In this document: positions 12,440 through 22,242 of the stretch, piece by piece | Position numbering within the stretch: the stretch's first letter is position 1 | Layout of the letters: the number at the start of each line of letters is the position of its first letter | Assembly: GCA_965228735.1 (NCBI GenBank) | Contig: OZ245838.1 | Location: 1,792,001-1,856,000, forward strand | Length of the DNA: 64,000 nt | Source of the DNA: Planctomycetota bacterium | GTDB taxonomy: Bacteria; Planctomycetota; UBA1135; UBA2386 | Direction: 5' to 3' | Notes under the pieces: model-generated | Seen by the model: the letters and a program-made list of their open reading frames with translations, nothing else | Databases searched by the model: none | Told to the model about the DNA's origin: nothing | Translations under genes and position numbers: made by a program

Positions 12440-13825
12440 GTGGTCTGGTTCGAGCTCTTCCTGACTCTGCTGCGCGAGCTCGTGCGCGCGCTCGTCGTGC
12501 CGGTGCGGCTGCTGCTGTATCTGCCGCGCCGCCACCACTGGCGGCGCGTCGCGCGCGACGTCCTCGACGACGTCGCCCAGCAGGACGCCGGCGCGCCCAC
12601 CGACCCGACCGCGGACCTCGAGTCGTTCTTCGCCCGCAGCCGACCCTGGCGTGGGGACCGGCCGCACGTGTTCTTGTCCGCGGGCGAAGCCAGCGGCGAG
12701 GGGCACGCCGAGCGTTTGCTGCGCGCGCTCCCTGCCGACGTGCGATGCACCGCGTTCGGCGGCGAACGGCTGCAACGGGCGGGCGCCGAGCTTCGATTCG
12801 GCCTCAGCGAGCACGCGGTCATGGGCATCGCCGGCGTGCTGCGGCAGATGCCGTTGATCCTGCGCGCGGTCGCGAGCTACCTGCGACTGCTGCGGGACGA
12901 CCCACCCGATCTGATCGTCCTCGTTGACTTCCCGGGCCTGCACCTCGTCATGGCGAAGCTCAGCAAGCGCCACCGCATTCCGGTGCTGCACTACGTCGCG
13001 CCACAGTACTGGGCGTGGGGCCCATGGCGGATGCGGCGCTACCGCCGGGCCGTCGATGCGACGCTGACGATCCTGCCGTTCGAGACCGCGTTCTTCCGGC
13101 GCTTCAACGTGCCGGCCCACTACATCGGCCACCCGCTGCTCGATGCGGTCCCGAAAGCTGGCGCCGACGAGGACACCGCGCGCACCGAACCGCTCCTCGT
13201 TCTCTTGCCCGGCAGTCGCCGCGCCGAGATCGACAAGAACCTGCCGGGGATGTTGCAGATCGCCGGGCGCATGCGGGCCGAGCACCCGGACATGCGGGTC
13301 GTCGTCCCGCACGAGAACCCGCGTCGCACGGCCCTGCTGCGCGACCTCATGCAGCAGCACGACGCCGACTTCGCCGAACACCACGAAGGCCCCCTCGCGC
13401 CGTGGCTGCAGCGGGCGCGCCTCGTCATCGCCAAGTCCGGAACCGGCTCCCTCGCGGCGTGCCTGCACGGCGCCCCGACGGTCGTCGTCTACCAACTCGG
13501 CGGGGCTTTGAGCTCCTGGGGCTACCACAACATCCTCAGCGTGCCGTGGATCGCGGCGGCCAACCTCATCGCCGGGCGCCGGGTCGTGCCCGAGCACTGC
13601 TTCAACGGCGACGACGGCTGGCAGAAGGTCGAACGCGACGCGGCCGAGCTGTGGCCGGACGGGGAGCCGCGGCGAGCCGTCCTGGCCGGCCTCGCCGAGG
13701 TGCGACAGCGACTCGGCGCCGGCGGTGCGAGCGAACGCGCCGCCGCAATCGTCGCCCGGTTCCTCGGCCTCGGCGACACCGCATCCGCGAGCCCCGCGCC
13801 ACCGAACCGGGAAGTGCCGGCATGA
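12440..13825 (+). CDS. lpxB: Lipid-A-disaccharide synthase
   Basis: SAGEASGE, VDFPG, YVAPQYWAW, ILPFE, GHPL, LPGSR, KSGT. Confidence 0.9.
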   Translation: MVWFELFLTLLRELVRALVVPVRLLLYLPRRHHWRRVARDVLDDVAQQDAGAPTDPTADLESFFARSRPWRGDRPHVFLSAGEASGEGHAERLLRALPADVRCTAFGGERLQRAGAELRFGLSEHAVMGIAGVLRQMPLILRAVASYLRLLRDDPPDLIVLVDFPGLHLVMAKLSKRHRIPVLHYVAPQYWAWGPWRMRRYRRAVDATLTILPFETAFFRRFNVPAHYIGHPLLDAVPKAGADEDTARTEPLLVLLPGSRRAEIDKNLPGMLQIAGRMRAEHPDMRVVVPHENPRRTALLRDLMQQHDADFAEHHEGPLAPWLQRARLVIAKSGTGSLAACLHGAPTVVVYQLGGALSSWGYHNILSVPWIAAANLIAGRRVVPEHCFNGDDGWQKVERDAAELWPDGEPRRAVLAGLAEVRQRLGAGGASERAAAIVARFLGLGDTASASPAPPNREVPA

Positions 13826-15621
13826 GGCTCACCGATCTGCGCACGTTCCTCGACGTTCTTCGGCGCGAGGGTGAGCTCGTCGAGGTCGACGCCGAAGTGG
13901 ATCCCGACCTCGAGGCGGCGGAGGTCCACCGCCGCGTCATCGCGGGATCGGGCCCGGCACTGCTCTTCAAGAACGTGAAGGGCTGCGCGTGGCCTTGCGT
14001 GACCAACCTGTTCGGCACCGCGCGCCGCGTCGAGCTCGCGTTCGGCCCGCGACCCGAGCGACTCGTGCAGCAACTCGCGGACCTGCCGCACACGCTGCTG
14101 CCGCCGACGCTCGGCCGCGTCTGGGAGCAGCGCGGGCTCATCGGCTCCGTGCTGAAGGTCGGGCGCAAGAAGGTGCGCCGCGCACCGCTCCTCGAGGTGG
14201 AGGACCGCCCCGCCGGACTGACCCGCCTGCCGCTGCTGCGCACCTGGCGCGACGACGGCGGCCCGTTCGTCACGCTGCCGCTCGTCTACACGGAGCACCC
14301 GGAAGGCCTCGGCAGCAACCTCGGGATGTATCGCATCCAGCGCTACGACGACGACACGACCGGTCTGCACATGCAGATCGGCAAGGGCGGCGGGTTCCAC
14401 CTCGAGGCCGCCGAACGGCGCGGCGAGGCGCTGCCCGTCGCCGTGCACGTCGGCGGGCCGCCCGCCATGATCCTCGCCGCGATCGCGCCGTTGCCCGAGA
14501 ACGTGCCCGAAGTGCTGCTCGGGTCACTCGTGCTGGGCCAGCGTCTGCGCACGACGACGAGCGCGCACTCGCCGCTGCCGCTGATGGCCGACGCCGAGTT
14601 CTGCCTGCTCGGCGAGGTGCGCCCGGGCGAGACCCGACCCGAGGGACCGTTCGGCGATCACTACGGCTACTACTCGCTCGTCCACGACTACCCGCTGCTG
14701 CGCGTCCACACGCTCGCCCGCCGCCGCGATCCGATCCTCTGCGCCACCGTCGTCGGCAAGCCGCGGCAGGAGGACTTCTTCCTCGGCGACTACCTGCAGG
14801 AGCTGCTGCTGCCGCTCGCGAAGGTCGCGATGCCGCAGGTGCGCGATCTGTGGTCGTACGGCGAAACGGGCTACCACTCGCTCGCGGGCGCCATCGTGCG
14901 CGAACGCTACGGCCGCGAGGCGATGCAGAGCGCGTTCCGCATCCTCGGCGAAGGGCAGCTGAGCCTGACCAAGTTCCTGCTGCTCACGGACCAGCCGGTC
15001 GACCTGCGTGACTTCCGCGCCACGCTGCAGCACGTGCTCGCGCGCTGTCGCTTCGCGACCGATCTCTACGTGTTCGGCAGCCTGTCGATGGATTCGCTCG
15101 ACTACGCCGGCCCCGAGATCAACAAGGGCAGCAAGGGCGTGCTGCTCGGCGTCGGCGAGCCGGTGCGCGAACTGCCGCGCGAGTTCTCGGGAGCACTGCC
15201 CCCGCCGTTCACGAAGGCCGTGCCGTTCTGCCCCGGCGCGCTCGTCGTCGAGGGTCCCGCGTTCGCGGCCGATCGGGAGTGCGTCGAGGCGCTGCCCGAC
15301 GTGCCGGCGCTGCGGCCGTGGCCGCTCGTCGTGCTCGTCGATGACGCGGAACGCGCCGCCAAGTCCGCGGTGAACTTCCTGTGGACGACGTTCACCCGCT
15401 TCGAACCCGCCGCCGACATCCACGCGCGCGACCTCGAACTCGTGCGCAGCCAACCGAGCTACACGCCCCCGATCGTGATCGATGCGCGCATGAAGCCGAG
15501 CTACCCCGACGAGCTGTTCTGCGATCCGGACACGGCCGCCACGGTCGATCGACGGTGGCGCGAGTACTTCCCGGCCGGCGGCGTCGAGATGGGCGACTCC
15601 GATCGCGGCCACCTCGACTGA
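13822..15621 (+). CDS. UbiD-family (prFMN-dependent) decarboxylase, possibly menaquinone MqnL-type
   Basis: GPALLF, NLFG, NLGMYR, EGPFGDHYGYY, IVIDARMK. ATGA overlap with lpxB. Confidence 0.9.
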   Translation: MRLTDLRTFLDVLRREGELVEVDAEVDPDLEAAEVHRRVIAGSGPALLFKNVKGCAWPCVTNLFGTARRVELAFGPRPERLVQQLADLPHTLLPPTLGRVWEQRGLIGSVLKVGRKKVRRAPLLEVEDRPAGLTRLPLLRTWRDDGGPFVTLPLVYTEHPEGLGSNLGMYRIQRYDDDTTGLHMQIGKGGGFHLEAAERRGEALPVAVHVGGPPAMILAAIAPLPENVPEVLLGSLVLGQRLRTTTSAHSPLPLMADAEFCLLGEVRPGETRPEGPFGDHYGYYSLVHDYPLLRVHTLARRRDPILCATVVGKPRQEDFFLGDYLQELLLPLAKVAMPQVRDLWSYGETGYHSLAGAIVRERYGREAMQSAFRILGEGQLSLTKFLLLTDQPVDLRDFRATLQHVLARCRFATDLYVFGSLSMDSLDYAGPEINKGSKGVLLGVGEPVRELPREFSGALPPPFTKAVPFCPGALVVEGPAFAADRECVEALPDVPALRPWPLVVLVDDAERAAKSAVNFLWTTFTRFEPAADIHARDLELVRSQPSYTPPIVIDARMKPSYPDELFCDPDTAATVDRRWREYFPAGGVEMGDSDRGHLD

Positions 15622-15820
15622 TGTCAGAACCGCAGCGGTGCTCCGCAGGAGCACGGCGAGGCCCTGAGCACGAGCCAGCGCGACGGGTTCACCGGCCAGG
15701 CCGGCCGCGGCCGTTCGGCGACTCACAGCCGATGGTACCAGCCGGGCGCCATCGCACTGGCCGCGGGAGATCGCGCATCGCCTTGAACGAACGCCAGCCG
15801 TGGTCGTATGACGATCTGCC

Positions 15821-16900
15821 ATGCGCTCCGCAACACCGTCCGCGGCAGTCTTAACCACCTTGTTGGCTGGCCTTTCGGCGCAGGAGGCCGATTCGGGACC
15901 CGGCCCCGAGACGGAGCTGCGAGGCACGGTCGCCGGCTTCTCCGGCGAGCCCGGCGCGTTCGCGACCGTGCGCGTGTTCAGCCAGCGCGGTCACCGCCTC
16001 GGTGAGGTGGTCACGGCGGCCGACGGCCGGTTCTCGTATCGGTCACCGGAAGCGCCCGGGCAGGTGGAGGTTCAGCTCGAGGGTGTCGTGCGCAAGGTGC
16101 CGCTCGCCGGACTGGACCCGGCCGCGATCGCGATCACGTTCGAGGACGCCAGGCACTACACGCTGCGCGGCCGGCTGATCGACCCCGCCGGTCAGGGGCT
16201 GCAGGACACCGACATGCTCGTGCGCGACCACTTCGATCGCACGCTCGTGAACGTGACGACGACCGAGCGCGGCGAGTTCGCCGTGCGCCTCGACGCCCCG
16301 GTCCGGTCGATCGTCGTCGATCCGCTCGGGCTCGACTGGGTGCAGGAGTTCGAGACCGCCGCGAGCCGCGAACTGACCATCGACCTGCGCTACGTCGACG
16401 GCGCCGAGTTCTTCAGCATCGACGGCCGCGTGCTCGACGCGACCGGGTCACCGGTCCCGGGCGCGCTCGTGCGGGCCGGCTCGAGCAAGCGCGTGCGCGT
16501 GCAGCGCACCGCCCGCGCCGACGGCTCGTTCGTCCTCTGGTCGCGGCGGCCGCTCGAGTATCTGATCGCGCTGCACGGCAGTCGCGCCATCGCGTGCCAC
16601 TTCGCGACGCTCGATCGACCGACGAGCATCGAGCTCGACGCCGTGCGGCATGGCTATGTGACGATCGAGGGGCGCGTGACCGACAAGAACGGCGCTGCCG
16701 CCCCCGACGTCCGGATCTACGGCGCCGACCACGACGATCGCCCCCTGCTCGTCCTGCAGATGTTCGCGATCTCGGGTCCCGACGGCACGTTCACCGCCAG
16801 CGTGCCGCGCGAGCTGCCGCGACTCCTCGCGCTGTCGAACGACGGCACCGGCACCGCGGGCTGGCAGATCGACCACCCCGTCGAACTCGTCGTGCGCTGA
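15821..16900 (+). CDS. Exported protein with carboxypeptidase-regulatory-like (Ig-like) repeats
   Basis: Signal-like N-terminus and four repeats of the xRG(R/T)V...DG(R/S/T)F pattern. Confidence 0.7.
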   Translation: MRSATPSAAVLTTLLAGLSAQEADSGPGPETELRGTVAGFSGEPGAFATVRVFSQRGHRLGEVVTAADGRFSYRSPEAPGQVEVQLEGVVRKVPLAGLDPAAIAITFEDARHYTLRGRLIDPAGQGLQDTDMLVRDHFDRTLVNVTTTERGEFAVRLDAPVRSIVVDPLGLDWVQEFETAASRELTIDLRYVDGAEFFSIDGRVLDATGSPVPGALVRAGSSKRVRVQRTARADGSFVLWSRRPLEYLIALHGSRAIACHFATLDRPTSIELDAVRHGYVTIEGRVTDKNGAAAPDVRIYGADHDDRPLLVLQMFAISGPDGTFTASVPRELPRLLALSNDGTGTAGWQIDHPVELVVR

Positions 16901-16916
16901 CGTCCGAAGCCGCCTT

Positions 16917-17966
16917 TCAGGCCCCCATTCGCTGGGACCCCGATCTCCGGGCCCCCGATCGCTGGGTCCCCGCTCGCTGGGCGCCCGAACTCTGGGCGCC
17001 CGTCCGCCGCACCCGCCCCCGCAACTGCGGCACGAGCAACAGCGCCTCCCGCGCGACGCGGCCGTCCATCTTGGACCGGCCGACCTGACGATCGACGAAG
17101 TGGATCGGCAGCTCCGCGATGCGGCAGCCGGCGCGCCGCATCCGATACGCCATCTCGATCTGGAACGCGTACCCGTGCGCCGCGACCGACGTCAGATCGA
17201 GCTGCCGCAGCGCGTCGACGTGAAAGCAGCGATACCCGGCGGTGTTGTCGCGGATGCCGGTCCGCAGCCAGAAGCGGGCGTAGAGGTTGGCGCCGCGCGA
17301 GAGCAGCCGGCGGCGGAAGTTCCACCCGACCGTGCACCCACCGGGCACGTAGCGGCTGCCGATCACGAGCTCGGCGTCGGCGGACGCCGCGAGCAGGCGC
17401 GGCAGGTCCCACGGCGCGTGACTGAAGTCGGCATCCATCTCGCAGACCCGCTCGTAGCCGCGCTCGATCGCGAACCGAAAGCCCGCGAGGTAGGCGGTGC
17501 CGAGGCCCTGCTTGCCCGCGCGACGCAGGGCGTGGATCCGGTCGTCCCTCGCGGCGAGCCGTGCCGCGATCTCGCCCGTGCCATCCGGCGAGTTGTCGTC
17601 GACGATCAGCACATCGCAATCGACGTAGCGGTGGATCGCGCGCACGATCGGCTCGAGGTTCTCCTGTTCGTTGAACGTCGGGATGATCACGAGCGTGCGC
17701 CACGGCACCTGATGCGGCTGCGGCGGCACCGGGCCGTGCCCGGCAAGCAGTCCCTCGGCCGCGGCATCGCGGGCGATGCCCTCGGCGTGGGCCCGACCGG
17801 CCGGATCGCCGAGCACGACGACCTGGCTGCTGTCCGAGCCGGCGCGAACGAGCGCCTCACAGGCCGCGAAATCGGCCGCTGTCCGGAGGTCCACCACCGC
17901 GGCCCCGAGTATCGCGCCGCGCGCGCCCCGGTCAATATTGACGCCAGAACGCCCGAACGCTCGCAT
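16917..17966 (-). CDS. Polyprenol-monophosphomannose synthase-like GT2
   Basis: VIIPTFNE, VDDNSPDGT, GLGTAY, EMDADFSH, IGSRY, GYAFQIE, GRSKM. Start uncertain. Confidence 0.88.
   Translation of the reverse strand: MRAFGRSGVNIDRGARGAILGAAVVDLRTAADFAACEALVRAGSDSSQVVVLGDPAGRAHAEGIARDAAAEGLLAGHGPVPPQPHQVPWRTLVIIPTFNEQENLEPIVRAIHRYVDCDVLIVDDNSPDGTGEIAARLAARDDRIHALRRAGKQGLGTAYLAGFRFAIERGYERVCEMDADFSHAPWDLPRLLAASADAELVIGSRYVPGGCTVGWNFRRRLLSRGANLYARFWLRTGIRDNTAGYRCFHVDALRQLDLTSVAAHGYAFQIEMAYRMRRAGCRIAELPIHFVDRQVGRSKMDGRVAREALLLVPQLRGRVRRTGAQSSGAQRAGTQRSGARRSGSQRMGA
16921..16995. repeat. Five degenerate 15-bp tandem units at the 3' end of the GT2 gene
   Basis: gcccccattcgctgg / gaccccgatctccgg / gcccccgatcgctgg / gtccccgctcgctgg / gcgcccgaactctgg. 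Confidence 0.75.
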
Positions 17967-17977
17967 GCACCGGCACT

Positions 17978-18295
17978 ATGGAATTCCGCGACCTCGACCC
18001 CGCTACCGCCCAGGCCGAACTCGACGGCGACACCGACCTCCGGGTCCTCGACGTCCGCACGCCCGAGGAGCACGCGGCGCACCGGCTGCCGGACGCCGTT
18101 CTCGTGCCGATCCAGGAGCTCCAGCAGCGGGTCGGCGAACTCGACGCCGACGCCAACTGGCTCGTCGTCTGCGCCCACGGTCAGCGCAGCATGTTCGCCT
18201 GCCAGTTCCTCGAGCAGATGGGCTTCGAACGGGTCGCGAACCTGCGCGGCGGGCTCGCGCACTGGGCCAGCAGCGGGCTGCCGCTCGAGCGCTGA
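17978..18295 (+). CDS. Rhodanese-like domain protein
   Basis: LDVRTPEE, catalytic loop VCAHGQRS, NLRGG. Confidence 0.9.
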   Translation: MEFRDLDPATAQAELDGDTDLRVLDVRTPEEHAAHRLPDAVLVPIQELQQRVGELDADANWLVVCAHGQRSMFACQFLEQMGFERVANLRGGLAHWASSGLPLER

Positions 18296-18299
18296 GCCG

Positions 18300-18833
18300 C
18301 TACCCGTGGTTGCCAGCCCATACGAGCCAGTCGTGCAGCGCCCGCATCGCGCCCGTCGCGTGAACGCCCCAGTGCACGCGGAAGTGCAGCACCCACTCCT
18401 CGTGCGCCGCCGCTCGATGACCGGCCTCGTAGACCGCCAACCCGCGCACGACGTCGCTGTAGATGTCCGCGATGTCGTCCTGCAGGTCGCCCATCCCGAC
18501 GCTCGCGTCGCGCTCCGGCCGTAGCTCGAGCGTCTCCTGGTAGTAGCCAACGGGCAGCTTGGACGCGTTCTGCAGGATGCGCTCGAGTTCTTTCTTGTCG
18601 ACGACGAAGGGGGCCTCCCACGCGTCGAGATCGCAGTCGGAATCGCAATCGGACTTGGCGCCGGCCGCGGTCTCACCAGACCCAGCCACCGCCGGCAGCC
18701 GCAGACCCGCCGAGTAGAGCGCCGCCAGGCGAACGAGCGCCTCGCGCACCGCGGCTTCGTCACCCCCCATCTCGTTCCGGGCCCACGCCCGAAACCGCGC
18801 CGCCTCCCGTGCGAAATCGTCGACGGCAGTCAT
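18300..18833 (-). CDS. Hypothetical protein (DUF5063-like)
   Basis: DLQDDIADIYSDV..G and W...F..HWG.HA..A.RALH pattern. Confidence 0.65.
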   Translation of the reverse strand: MTAVDDFAREAARFRAWARNEMGGDEAAVREALVRLAALYSAGLRLPAVAGSGETAAGAKSDCDSDCDLDAWEAPFVVDKKELERILQNASKLPVGYYQETLELRPERDASVGMGDLQDDIADIYSDVVRGLAVYEAGHRAAAHEEWVLHFRVHWGVHATGAMRALHDWLVWAGNHG

Positions 18834-18852
18834 CGAGCGTGGCGAACCGCTG

Positions 18853-19464
18853 TCACGGTGCGGCCTCCCACGCGTAGCCGAAGTGATCGAAGATCGCGCG
18901 GTCCTTCGCCTGCACGATCGCGCGCAGCTCGTCGTCGTAGTACTGCGAGTAGTGCCCGTGTCGGCTCGTGTTCTGCGGCGGCAGCGCGGCGATCGCCTCG
19001 CGCATCGCGGCCGGCAACTCGCCGACCTGCTCGAGCAGCCGGAGCAGGTCCTCGCGCAGCGTCTCCATCTTGCCGACGCGCGCCCCTTCGAGTCCGGGAC
19101 CGAGCATGTCCCACAGGGTCTGCAGGAACGGGCCGTCGCCGTGTTCGAACTCCGGCGCCCACGTCAACGTGCGCCGCATCGTGTCGCCGAACCCGAGCGC
19201 GCCGTCCTTGCTGACCCGCAGGAAGAACTCATCGCGCGTCCTCTTCTGGAAGAAGAACCACGATACGTACCACGCGAACGGGTTCCGCACGAACGCGATC
19301 CGCGGCAGGTGCGCGTGGCTTGCCGGCACCTCGCGATACGTGAGGTGGGCGTCGAGCCGTTCGATCGCCCAGTCCGCCGGTGCGTGCTGCTCGAGGATCT
19401 CACGGACGAAGTTGCCGCCGGTCTTCGGGATGTGCACGAAGACGAAGTGCCGCGCCAGGATCAC
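18853..19464 (-). CDS. Sulfotransferase-family protein
   Basis: FVHIPKTGG (5'-PSB loop), FVRNPFAWYVSW, YYDDE...D...FGY. Confidence 0.85.
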   Translation of the reverse strand: MILARHFVFVHIPKTGGNFVREILEQHAPADWAIERLDAHLTYREVPASHAHLPRIAFVRNPFAWYVSWFFFQKRTRDEFFLRVSKDGALGFGDTMRRTLTWAPEFEHGDGPFLQTLWDMLGPGLEGARVGKMETLREDLLRLLEQVGELPAAMREAIAALPPQNTSRHGHYSQYYDDELRAIVQAKDRAIFDHFGYAWEAAP

Positions 19465-19474
19465 GACGGACTCG

Positions 19475-20614
19475 TCAGCTGCGCGGCCAGGTCGCCGCCA
19501 CCTTCTGGCACTCCTCGACGGTCGGCACGAGCGCGAGTCGCACGAAGCGCTCCTGTCCCTTGCCGAAGAACGACCCGGGGGCCGTGAGGATGCCGTCCTC
19601 GCGTAGTCGCGCCGCGTAGTCGAGGTCCGTCGTGCCCTCGGGCACCTCGACCCAGAGATAGAGCCCGGCAGCGCTGCCGTGGACCGTCAGGCCGCGCTCG
19701 CGCAGAGCGGCGAGCAGCACGGTGCGCTTCTCGGCGAACACCGCGCGCCGTTGCTCGACGTGCTCCGTGTCCGCCCACGCCTCGGCGGCTGCCGCCTGCA
19801 CGAACTCGGGCGGCGTCGTGCCCATGCTCGCGCGGAAGCGCCGGTACTGCGCGATGAGCTCGGGGTCGCCGGCGACGAAACCGGAGCGGTAGCCCGTCAT
19901 TCCGGATCGCTTGCTCAAGGAATGCAGGACCAGACAACCGGCCTTGCCGAACTCGAGCAACGACCGCGGCCGTTCGCCTTCGTAGTGCAGGTCGACGTAG
20001 CACTCGTCGTTCACGAGCACGAAGCCGTACTCGTCGCGCGCCGCGATCCACTTCTCGAACATGGCGTCCTCGAGCAGGAAGCCGGTCGGGTTGTGCGGGT
20101 AATTGAGGTAGACGACCGCCGCGCGGCTCAGCACCGACGCGGGCAGACGTTCGGGATCCATCGCGTAACCGTTCTCGATGCCGAGCGGCACGGCGTAGGT
20201 CCACGCCTCGGCGAACAGCGCGCCGATCTCGTAGACCGGGTAGGCCGGCTCGCCGTAGACGACGAGGTCCTTGTCGCTCGGGATCTGCACGAACGTCATC
20301 GGCAGGTGGAAGATCGCCTCCTTGCTGCCGAACGTCGGCAGCACCTCGGTGTCGGCGTCGACCGTGACGCCGAACCGCCGGTCGAGGTAGCCCGCGATCG
20401 CGGCGCGCAGCTCGGGCGTACCCTCGTTGCGCGGGTACTGGCTCACCTCGGGCACCGCGTCGATCATCGCCTGCCGCAATCGGGCCGGCGTCGGCTCCCG
20501 CGGATCCCCCGTGCCGAAGTCGTAGACCGTGATGCCGCGCTCGCCGAGCTGCTGCCGCCAGGCGGCCAGCTGGATCATCGGGTACGGCGGCTGACTCGTG
20601 AGCCGCTCGTTCAT
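19475..20614 (-). CDS. Class I/II PLP aminotransferase (DapC-like)
   Basis: [37 protein letters not shown]. Confidence 0.88.
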   Translation of the reverse strand: MNERLTSQPPYPMIQLAAWRQQLGERGITVYDFGTGDPREPTPARLRQAMIDAVPEVSQYPRNEGTPELRAAIAGYLDRRFGVTVDADTEVLPTFGSKEAIFHLPMTFVQIPSDKDLVVYGEPAYPVYEIGALFAEAWTYAVPLGIENGYAMDPERLPASVLSRAAVVYLNYPHNPTGFLLEDAMFEKWIAARDEYGFVLVNDECYVDLHYEGERPRSLLEFGKAGCLVLHSLSKRSGMTGYRSGFVAGDPELIAQYRRFRASMGTTPPEFVQAAAAEAWADTEHVEQRRAVFAEKRTVLLAALRERGLTVHGSAAGLYLWVEVPEGTTDLDYAARLREDGILTAPGSFFGKGQERFVRLALVPTVEECQKVAATWPRS

Positions 20615-21558
20615 CCCGCCAGCTCCATCTCGCTGCGCACGGTCTCGAGCAGCGCCTTGGTCGCGAGAATGCCGGCGTCCTCACCGAGCTTGCCGCCCTC
20701 GTACTCGATGCCGATGTGGCCGCGCCAGCCGTGCTTCTTCACGACGATGTCGAGCATGCGGCGGTAGTCGGTGTGCACCTCGTTGCCGGCTTCATCGAAG
20801 TCGTGCGACTTGGCGCTCACGCCGCGCGCGAACGGCATGAGCTCGTCCGTGCCCTGGTAGCGGTCGTACATCTCGCCGCGGCTCACGCGGAAGTTGCCGA
20901 AGTCGGGCAACGAACCGACGCGCGGGTGATCGGCCGCCTTCAGCGTCTCGCTCAGCCACTTGCCGTTGGACGACAGCCCGCCGTGATTCTCGACGATCAC
21001 GTCGATGTCGTGCTGGTCGCCGTACTCGGCGAGCCGATGCAGACCGTCGGCCGCCAGCTTGCGCTGTTCTTCCCAGCTGCCGCGACTCTGCGCGTTGACG
21101 CGGATCGAGTGACAGCCGAGCGACTTCGCGGCCTCGATCCACTTGTGGTGGTTCTCGACCGCCTGCTGCCGCTTCGTCGCGTCCGGGGCACCGAGGGCGC
21201 CCTCACCATCGCACATGATCAGCAGGCTCGTGACCCCCTCGCCATCGCAGCGCGTCGCGAGCTCCTTCAGGTACTTCGCGTCCCGCGCCTTGGCCTTGAA
21301 GAACTGGTTCACGTACTCGATGGCGTCGATGCCGAGCGACTTCGACTTTGCCGGGAAATCGAGGTTGGTCAGCTCACCCTTGCGCAGGGTCTTGTGCAGC
21401 GACCACTCGGCCAGGCTGATCCGGAAGAGCGGCTTCGTCGCCGGCCCCATGGCGCAGCCCGGCAGCGCTGCACTCGCGAGCGCCGGCGCGGCGAACGCGG
21501 CGGCCGACATGCCCAAGAAACGACGGCGATCGAGCGCCACTGGATCGGAAGTGCCCAT
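20611..21558 (-). CDS. Tat-exported sugar-phosphate isomerase/epimerase (xylose-isomerase-like TIM barrel)
   Basis: DRRRFLG twin-arginine motif, [27 protein letters not shown]. Confidence 0.85.
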   Translation of the reverse strand: MGTSDPVALDRRRFLGMSAAAFAAPALASAALPGCAMGPATKPLFRISLAEWSLHKTLRKGELTNLDFPAKSKSLGIDAIEYVNQFFKAKARDAKYLKELATRCDGEGVTSLLIMCDGEGALGAPDATKRQQAVENHHKWIEAAKSLGCHSIRVNAQSRGSWEEQRKLAADGLHRLAEYGDQHDIDVIVENHGGLSSNGKWLSETLKAADHPRVGSLPDFGNFRVSRGEMYDRYQGTDELMPFARGVSAKSHDFDEAGNEVHTDYRRMLDIVVKKHGWRGHIGIEYEGGKLGEDAGILATKALLETVRSEMELAG

Positions 21559-21681
21559 GCAACGGGCATTGGAGGCCCGCACCGCTTCTCAGGCAACCCT
21601 CGCGATCGCCGGCGCCGCCCGCTATCCTGCTCGGCGAATTCTCAGGTCTCCACCCCCACTCCGAGTCCAACACTTTCCGAT

Positions 21682-22242
21682 ATGGCGATTCGCGTTACCG
21701 AAGCCAAGCGTGGCATGGTCATCCGCTACGACGGCGAGCTCTACCAGATCACGAAGTACGAGCACCTCACGCCGGGCAACCTGCGGGCCATCCACCACCT
21801 CAATCTCAAGAACCTGAAGAACGGTCGCCAGAAGGAGCTCCGCGCCAAGACGTCGGACCAGCTCGAGACGGTGTTCCTCGATTCGCGCGAGGCCCAGTAT
21901 CTGTTCAAGGACTCGCTCGGCTTCACGTTCATGGACAACGAGACCTACGACCAGTTCGTGCTCAACGAGGAGGTCTGCGGCGACGCGATGCTCTACATCT
22001 CGGAGAACGACACGGTCACGGTGGTGTTCGTCGAGGGCGAGGCGCTGACCGTGCAGCTGCCGGCGTCCGTCGAGCTCGAGGTCACCGAGACCGAGCCCGC
22101 GGCCAAGGGCGACACCGTGAGCAACGTGCAGAAGCCCGCGACGCTCACGACCGGCCTCGAGATCAAGGTGCCGTCGCACATCAAGATCGGCGACAAGCTC
22201 AAGATCAACACCGAGACCGGCGAGTTCATCAGCCGGGCGTGA
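21682..22242 (+). CDS. efp: Elongation factor P
   Basis: 186 aa. QYLF, FMDNETYDQF, KGDT, KPATLTTG, INTETGEFISRA. Tip loop TPGNLR. Confidence 0.96.
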   Translation: MAIRVTEAKRGMVIRYDGELYQITKYEHLTPGNLRAIHHLNLKNLKNGRQKELRAKTSDQLETVFLDSREAQYLFKDSLGFTFMDNETYDQFVLNEEVCGDAMLYISENDTVTVVFVEGEALTVQLPASVELEVTETEPAAKGDTVSNVQKPATLTTGLEIKVPSHIKIGDKLKINTETGEFISRA

